DNA of 64,000 nt from Spirochaetota bacterium (GTDB lineage Bacteria; Spirochaetota; UBA4802; UBA5550). This document shows, piece after piece, positions 59,191-64,000 of this stretch. Both the position numbers and the translations under genes were made by a program. Within the stretch, counting starts at the first letter, position 1. Each line of letters begins with the position of its first letter. The notes beneath the pieces are model-generated. The model saw only the letters and a list, made by a program, of their open reading frames with translations, did no database searches and was not told the DNA's origin. Location of the stretch: positions 132,852-196,851 of the forward strand of contig JALOTL010000005.1 of the NCBI GenBank assembly GCA_025457915.1. The letters are read 5' to 3'.

Positions 59191-61211
59191 CTTTCCCTGG
59201 AGATCTCGGCCTCGTATGCCTGCATCGCGGTCTTCCTGTTCATCCGGATCTCTTCGCTTGACGGGTCTTCCTCGATCCCCCTGGTGAAGGCCTTCAGTGC
59301 CTTACCGTACTGCTTCTTCTTGTAGTATGCCTTGCCGATGTTGTTGTAGGCCTCGGAGACCATCTTTGAATCGTTGGAGGCCTTCACCACCTGGTAGAAC
59401 GCGTCTATCGCCCTGTCGTACATCTGCTTTTTCGAGTAGATGATTCCCAGCGAATTAAGCGCCTCCGGGTCGCCCGGCTTTATCAGCAGGGCCTTCTGGA
59501 TCTGCTGCATGGACTTTTCCATCGACTCCTCGGTGGCGCCCGTCTTCGCCTGTATCAGGCCGAGGTTGATGTACGCCTTGCGCGAGAGCTCGCTGTTTTC
59601 GTTGATCTCGATCACGCGCTGGTAGGCCCTCTGCGCGTATTCGAGCTGGTTCCTCTTGTAGTAGATCGTGGCCAGCTTGAAATGGCCCTCCTGTATGTTC
59701 GGCCATCTCCTGGCCACCTTCTCGTATTCCTTTTCGGCGAGGTCCGCGAATCCCCTCTCGTAGTAGAGGTCGGCCATCGACAGGAGCGGCTTGGGGTCGT
59801 TGACGTTGAGGTCCGCCGCCTTTCTCCAGGCGTCGACCGCGAGCTCCGGCTTCCCGGCGTGCTTGTACGCTATGCCGAGATTGTAGAGCGCGGTGTCGTC
59901 CTTCGGGCTTATGGCCAGGGCCTTGCTGTATGCCTCCACGGCCTCGTCGAACCTCTGCGCGTCGTCCAGGATGTTTCCCATGTTCAGGAACGCGATCCTG
60001 GCGTTTTCAGTCGCGGGCTCTATGGACGTGATTTTCTTGTACGTATCGTAGGCCCTGTCGAGCTCGCCCTTTTCGTAGTATATCTCTCCAAGTCTCGAGA
60101 GTATCCTCACGTTCCTCGAGTTTATGTTCAGCAGCCTTTCGTAGACTGACTGGCTCCTGTTGTAGTCGCGCATGGCGAGGTACGCGTCGCCGAGGTTTTC
60201 CAGCATCTCGGAGTCCCTCTCGCCGAGCTCTTCGGCCTTTTTGAATTCCTCCGCCGCCTCCTCCTTCTTATTCTGGCGCATGTAGGCTATTCCGAGGTTG
60301 TACCTGTTCAGCGCGTCGGAAGGCCTGATGGAGACCGCCTCCTTCAGGTATTTTTCCGCCATCTCGAAGTTCTTCCTTTCGGTGTACATGACCCCGAGCC
60401 TGGAATAGGCCCTGTGCGCGACTTCGCCTATCCTGTCGGCCGCGGCCGCCTTCCTGAGGTATTCCATCGCGGCGAATTCGTCCCCGGTCTTGAGCATCGA
60501 CATGCCGAGGTTGTACATGACTGCCGCGTTGTCGGGGTTTTCCTTCAGCGCGTCACCGTACTGTTCGGCCGCGTCCTTGAATTTGCCCTGGTCGAAGTAG
60601 ATGTTTCCAAGGAGTATCTTCGAATTGACGTCCTTCGCGTTCAGCGAGATGGATTCCTTCGCTGTGTCCGCCGCCCTGTCGTAGTCCTTCTTGTGCCTGT
60701 ATGCTATGGAGAGGTTCTTGTATATGTCCGCGTTTTTGCTGTCGTATTTCATGGCCCTGGTGTAGTATTCCACGGCCTTGTCGTATTCGTTCCTGTCGTC
60801 GGCGATCATTCCGAGGAAGGCCAGCGCTATACCCTTGTCCCTGTCGCTGGACCCGGACTCCACCACCTCGTTGAATTCCGAGACGGCGTCGTTGTAGTAT
60901 TGTTTGGCGTAGCTTTCCCTGCCGCGCTTGATGTGGATGTTGTCGGAATCGGCGCCCATCTCCTTCACGACCCCGTCGATCGGCTGCATGGCGTTTTTGT
61001 TGGGGGTGAATATCTCCGGCCTTATGTAGACGAACCTGGTGGCGATTATTATGCCGCCGATCAGTACGGCGGCTACGGACGTGAGTATGATTATCTGTTT
61101 CAGCGGGAAGTTTCTCGCAGGCTTTCCCTCCTGTTCAAGGCCGCTGATCCTGCCGTGCTTGACCTCGAAGGGGTCATCGCCCGTATTCATGGGGTCTCTT
61201 CTGCCTAACAC
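59187..61211 (-). CDS. TPR-repeat protein with N-terminal TM anchor
   Basis: 674 aa. One N-terminal TM helix, then about 14 tandem 34-aa TPR units (W-LG-Y / A-F-A-P patterns). Confidence 0.75.
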   Translation of the reverse strand: MLGRRDPMNTGDDPFEVKHGRISGLEQEGKPARNFPLKQIIILTSVAAVLIGGIIIATRFVYIRPEIFTPNKNAMQPIDGVVKEMGADSDNIHIKRGRESYAKQYYNDAVSEFNEVVESGSSDRDKGIALAFLGMIADDRNEYDKAVEYYTRAMKYDSKNADIYKNLSIAYRHKKDYDRAADTAKESISLNAKDVNSKILLGNIYFDQGKFKDAAEQYGDALKENPDNAAVMYNLGMSMLKTGDEFAAMEYLRKAAAADRIGEVAHRAYSRLGVMYTERKNFEMAEKYLKEAVSIRPSDALNRYNLGIAYMRQNKKEEAAEEFKKAEELGERDSEMLENLGDAYLAMRDYNRSQSVYERLLNINSRNVRILSRLGEIYYEKGELDRAYDTYKKITSIEPATENARIAFLNMGNILDDAQRFDEAVEAYSKALAISPKDDTALYNLGIAYKHAGKPELAVDAWRKAADLNVNDPKPLLSMADLYYERGFADLAEKEYEKVARRWPNIQEGHFKLATIYYKRNQLEYAQRAYQRVIEINENSELSRKAYINLGLIQAKTGATEESMEKSMQQIQKALLIKPGDPEALNSLGIIYSKKQMYDRAIDAFYQVVKASNDSKMVSEAYNNIGKAYYKKKQYGKALKAFTRGIEEDPSSEEIRMNRKTAMQAYEAEISRER

Positions 61212-61627
61212 TGTTCATGCTCCTTGATCTCGGATTTTCTGACGGCGTCCAGGATGCCGTTTATGAACTGGCCCGAGCCTTCTCCTCCGTATATCTTGCC
61301 GAGCTCTATCGCCTCGTTGATCGTCACCGGAGCGGGGATTTCAGGGTGGTAAAGAAGAGCGTAGATCGACAGGCGCAGGATGGATTTGTCAACGACGCTG
61401 AGCCTCTCGAATTTCCAGTTTTTTGAATGCCTGACGATGAGTTCGTCAATCTTTTCGATGTTGTCCACGGCGCCCCTGATAAGGTCCTCCGCAAAATCCC
61501 TGATGTCCGGTGGAATGTCCCTGTCGACCCATCCGAGCGAGAGGACCTCGACGATCGGGGGCCTGGAGAGCTCATACATATACAGTCCCTGCAGGGCGTA
61601 TTCCCTTGATCTCCTCCTGTGACCCAT
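61205..61627 (-). CDS. nusB: Transcription antitermination factor NusB
   Basis: 140 aa. RRSREYALQGLYMYEL start and helical NusB-like sequence. Immediately downstream of ribH as in many bacteria. Confidence 0.85.
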   Translation of the reverse strand: MGHRRRSREYALQGLYMYELSRPPIVEVLSLGWVDRDIPPDIRDFAEDLIRGAVDNIEKIDELIVRHSKNWKFERLSVVDKSILRLSIYALLYHPEIPAPVTINEAIELGKIYGGEGSGQFINGILDAVRKSEIKEHEQC

Positions 61628-62091
61628 CAGCCTATCTGTTTGTACAGATTGGCCATCTCGATGGCGGAAAGGGCCGCATCAAAACCCTTGTTGCCGGATT
61701 TCGTCCCGGCCCTCTCGATGGCCTGCTCGATCGTGTCGGTGGTAAGGACCCCGTAGATGACCGGCACCTTTGAATCGAGCCCCACCTGTGCGACGCCCTT
61801 GGAAACCTCGGCCGCGACGTAGTCGAAGTGCGGGGTCGCGCCCCTTATCACCGCCCCGAGGCAGATGACGGCGTCGTATTTCTTGGATTCCGACAGGAGC
61901 TTCGCGGCGGCCGGTATCTCGAACGATCCCGGCACCCATGCCACGGTGACGTCGTCCTCCGCGGCATTGTTCCTCTTGAGGCAGTCCATCGCGCCGGACA
62001 GGAGCTTGTTCGTGATGAATTCATTGAACCTGGAAACGATGATCGCCACTTTCAGCCCGGTAGCGTCGAGTTTGCCTTCTAACAATTTCAT
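61627..62091 (-). CDS. ribH: 6,7-dimethyl-8-ribityllumazine synthase
   Basis: 154 aa. [14 protein letters not shown]...WVPGSFEIP...[14 protein letters not shown] lumazine synthase motifs. Confidence 0.9.
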   Translation of the reverse strand: MKLLEGKLDATGLKVAIIVSRFNEFITNKLLSGAMDCLKRNNAAEDDVTVAWVPGSFEIPAAAKLLSESKKYDAVICLGAVIRGATPHFDYVAAEVSKGVAQVGLDSKVPVIYGVLTTDTIEQAIERAGTKSGNKGFDAALSAIEMANLYKQIG

Positions 62092-62237
62092 TTTTTTCCC
62101 CGCGGTTTCGGTGAATTTAACGCGTCCCGCGCGTTATAAATTTTTGATATTCAACCAGCTTTTTTTGTTCAAAGTCAAGCCTTTTTTGGCCGGGCGCCGC
62201 GCAGGGACCGCCCGGCCCCATGGATGAGCGCGCGTCC

Positions 62238-63017
62238 CTACTGTCCCATCATCGCGCTGACCATCTCCAGGGTCTTCCTCGTCGCCGGATCGAAGAAGCA
62301 CTTGAATCCCTCCTGCCAGTCCTCGTCCTTCAATCTCTTTCTCATGAGGTCGGCCGTAGGCGTTCTGAAGGAGGTCTTGAGCATCTTGAACGCGCCTCCC
62401 GGGTTGTCCGCCCATGATAAAACGACCTGTTTGGCCCTGGTCATGAGCTCGGCTTCCTCTACGACCTCGTCCACCAGCGCCATTTCCCTGGCCGCGGCCA
62501 CGTCGTGGAGCTGGCCGAAATACATGACGTCCCTGAACTTCTTGTTGCCGTCCAGCCCGAACTTCATTATCTCGGTCTGCACGACTGAAAGCCCCAGGCC
62601 TATCTTTATCTCGCTCATCCCGACCTTTATCTTCGGGTGGTTCTTGATGATCCTGTAGTCGCAGGCCATGGAGAGGATCAGGCCCCCCGCGACCGCGGCG
62701 CCGTTTATCGCGGCCACGACCGGCTTTTTGCACATGAATAAATCAATGAATATGTCCTCCACCTCGGTGAAGAACTTGATGACCTCCGGGTGGTCCTTGA
62801 AGGAGAGGAAAAGGGGAAGGTCGAACCCGGAGCAGAAAGTCCTGCCCGCGCCCGTAAAGACGATCCCCTTGATGGCCGGGTCTTCATTCGCCTTTTTCAC
62901 CAGCGCCTTGAGGGACTGGAGCGTCTCGACGTCGAGCGAGTTATTTTTTCCTTTTTCAAATGTCGCTATCACTATGTTGTCTTCGATCTGTTCTTTCAGC
63001 ATGGCTGTAACCCTCAA
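62238..63017 (-). CDS. Enoyl-CoA hydratase/isomerase (crotonase) family protein
   Basis: 259 aa. FTGAGRTFCSGFDL oxyanion-hole motif and AAINGAAVAGG second motif. Confidence 0.8.
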   Translation of the reverse strand: MRVTAMLKEQIEDNIVIATFEKGKNNSLDVETLQSLKALVKKANEDPAIKGIVFTGAGRTFCSGFDLPLFLSFKDHPEVIKFFTEVEDIFIDLFMCKKPVVAAINGAAVAGGLILSMACDYRIIKNHPKIKVGMSEIKIGLGLSVVQTEIMKFGLDGNKKFRDVMYFGQLHDVAAAREMALVDEVVEEAELMTRAKQVVLSWADNPGGAFKMLKTSFRTPTADLMRKRLKDEDWQEGFKCFFDPATRKTLEMVSAMMGQ

Positions 63018-63139
63018 TTTATGATGCGCGTAAAGTTAACGGGGGGCCTGTCGAGATCAAGTAAAATTTTATGACCGGGACGGTGTTTTCATGAAAAGCA
63101 CCCGGGTCTGAAAAAATACTTGCCGGATTTTCAACTGGG

Positions 63140-63667
63140 ATGTTGTTTTTCATTAGCCGATTAACGGATATTTATATGATAAGAAAATGCGAAAAAGATG
63201 AATCCGGGACCATACTGGAAGTCATAAACGATTCCGCGTCAGCCTACGAGGGCGTCATACCGGCCGACCTCTGGACGAGCCCGTACATGTCCGGGGAATA
63301 CCTTGCGGGTGAAATTGGATCCGGCGTGGTTTTCTGGGGATTTTACGAATCCGGGAAGCTGCTCGGCGTGATGGGCATCCAGGACCTGGGGGAGGTGGTC
63401 CTTTTCAGGCACGCTTACGTGCTTACCGCGATGAGGGGGAGGGGGATCGGGACCGCCCTTTTGAAGCGCCTGTACGCCATGACCGACAGGCCGGTCCTGA
63501 TCGGCACCTGGGCCGACGCCTCGTGGGCCGTGGCCTTTTACCTCAAAAACGGGTTCAGGATCATCACCGGGGACGAAAAGGACGGGCTGCTGCAAAAATA
63601 CTGGAGGCTCCCGGCAAGACAGGTGGAGACCTCCGTCGTGATGGCCGATTGCAGGTACGCCGGATAG
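63140..63667 (+). CDS. GNAT family N-acetyltransferase
   Basis: 175 aa (alternative start at 63176, MIRKCEK). Acetyl-CoA motif RGRGIGTALL. Confidence 0.7.
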   Translation: MLFFISRLTDIYMIRKCEKDESGTILEVINDSASAYEGVIPADLWTSPYMSGEYLAGEIGSGVVFWGFYESGKLLGVMGIQDLGEVVLFRHAYVLTAMRGRGIGTALLKRLYAMTDRPVLIGTWADASWAVAFYLKNGFRIITGDEKDGLLQKYWRLPARQVETSVVMADCRYAG

Positions 63668-63734
63668 CGGTGTACCGGTGTAGCGGTAATTCATGAATTA
63701 CCGGTTACATGAAGTGCAGTTACGGGTGCGGTTG

Positions 63735-64000
63735 CTACGCCTTTTCCAGGAGGTCGGTCATCTCGACCGACCTGCTCTCGAGCCTGTGCGACAGTATCAT
63801 GAGGCTGTTCAGGTTCAGCGACGTCTGCTCCGTCATGCTGGTCATCTTCTCCATCCACTCCAGGATCTGAAGTATCAGCTCGGTCTGCGTGTTGAAGTGC
63901 TCGATCAGGTCCTTCGTGGTCTTTTCTATTTCCGTGTTGGACGAGTGGAGGATCCTGCTCTCTTTGGACTCGTTCTCAGTCCTGGCGCTCAGGTTCATGA
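63735..64000 (-). CDS. C-terminal fragment of a gene continuing beyond the window end; possibly a methyl-accepting chemotaxis protein signalling-domain tail
   Basis: Minus-strand ORF reaches the window edge. Ser/Thr/Glu-rich heptad-like sequence (TEQTSLNLNSL...). No further evidence. Confidence 0.3.
   Translation of the reverse strand, partial: MNLSARTENESKESRILHSSNTEIEKTTKDLIEHFNTQTELILQILEWMEKMTSMTEQTSLNLNSLMILSHRLESRSVEMTDLLEKA

Noticed and set aside
60414-61208. 264-aa plus-strand ORF
   Set aside because: Antisense to the TPR-repeat gene. Its composition (V/G/R-rich) is typical of the reverse frame of a GC-rich gene.

Overview
This 64 kb window reads as a chromosomal segment of an anaerobic, flagellated diderm bacterium, possibly spirochaete-like or from a candidate phylum; taxonomy cannot be settled from sequence alone. 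Gene density is high and coding GC is about 50-60% with very AT-rich intergenic regions. Arg is frequently encoded by AGG/AGA, and many products carry signal peptides or lipoboxes. I saw no rRNA, tRNA, CRISPR array, transposase or integrase. Recognisable housekeeping genes include panB-folK with a DnaC/DnaI-like loader, mfd, pyrG with a Usp protein, tupABC (tungstate ABC transporter), priA, nusB-ribH, a dGTPase-like HD protein, a VKOR-DsbA fusion, and the conserved rpoN-hpf-hprK-ptsH unit followed by an NtrY/NtrX-like two-component pair. The accessory regions hold several things worth a second look. (i) A sphingolipid-type long-chain-base biosynthesis cluster: a KDSR-like reductase divergent from FAAL/acyl-ACP synthetase, ACP and an SPT-like alpha-oxoamine synthase. 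(ii) A methanogen-type sulfide-dependent homocysteine synthesis module (COG1900 + COG2122 + NIL-ferredoxin) with a long structured leader. (iii) A 1452-aa protein fusing an unknown 850-aa region to a PPDK-like ATP-grasp + phospho-His swivel module without the PEP/pyruvate TIM barrel, tightly followed by a divergent GAPDH homologue; this is my best candidate for an undescribed system. (iv) A 7TMR-DISM sensor fused to an AraC output domain. (v) A stand-alone RnfB-like polyferredoxin overlapping a solitary fliG. (vi) Tandem paralogous LpoB/CsgG-like lipoproteins. (vii) An HPF carrying a duplicated C-terminal dimerisation domain. (viii) A perfect 16-bp inverted repeat in the divergent promoter region upstream of rpoN. 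All functional calls rest on motifs recognised by eye; no database search was run.
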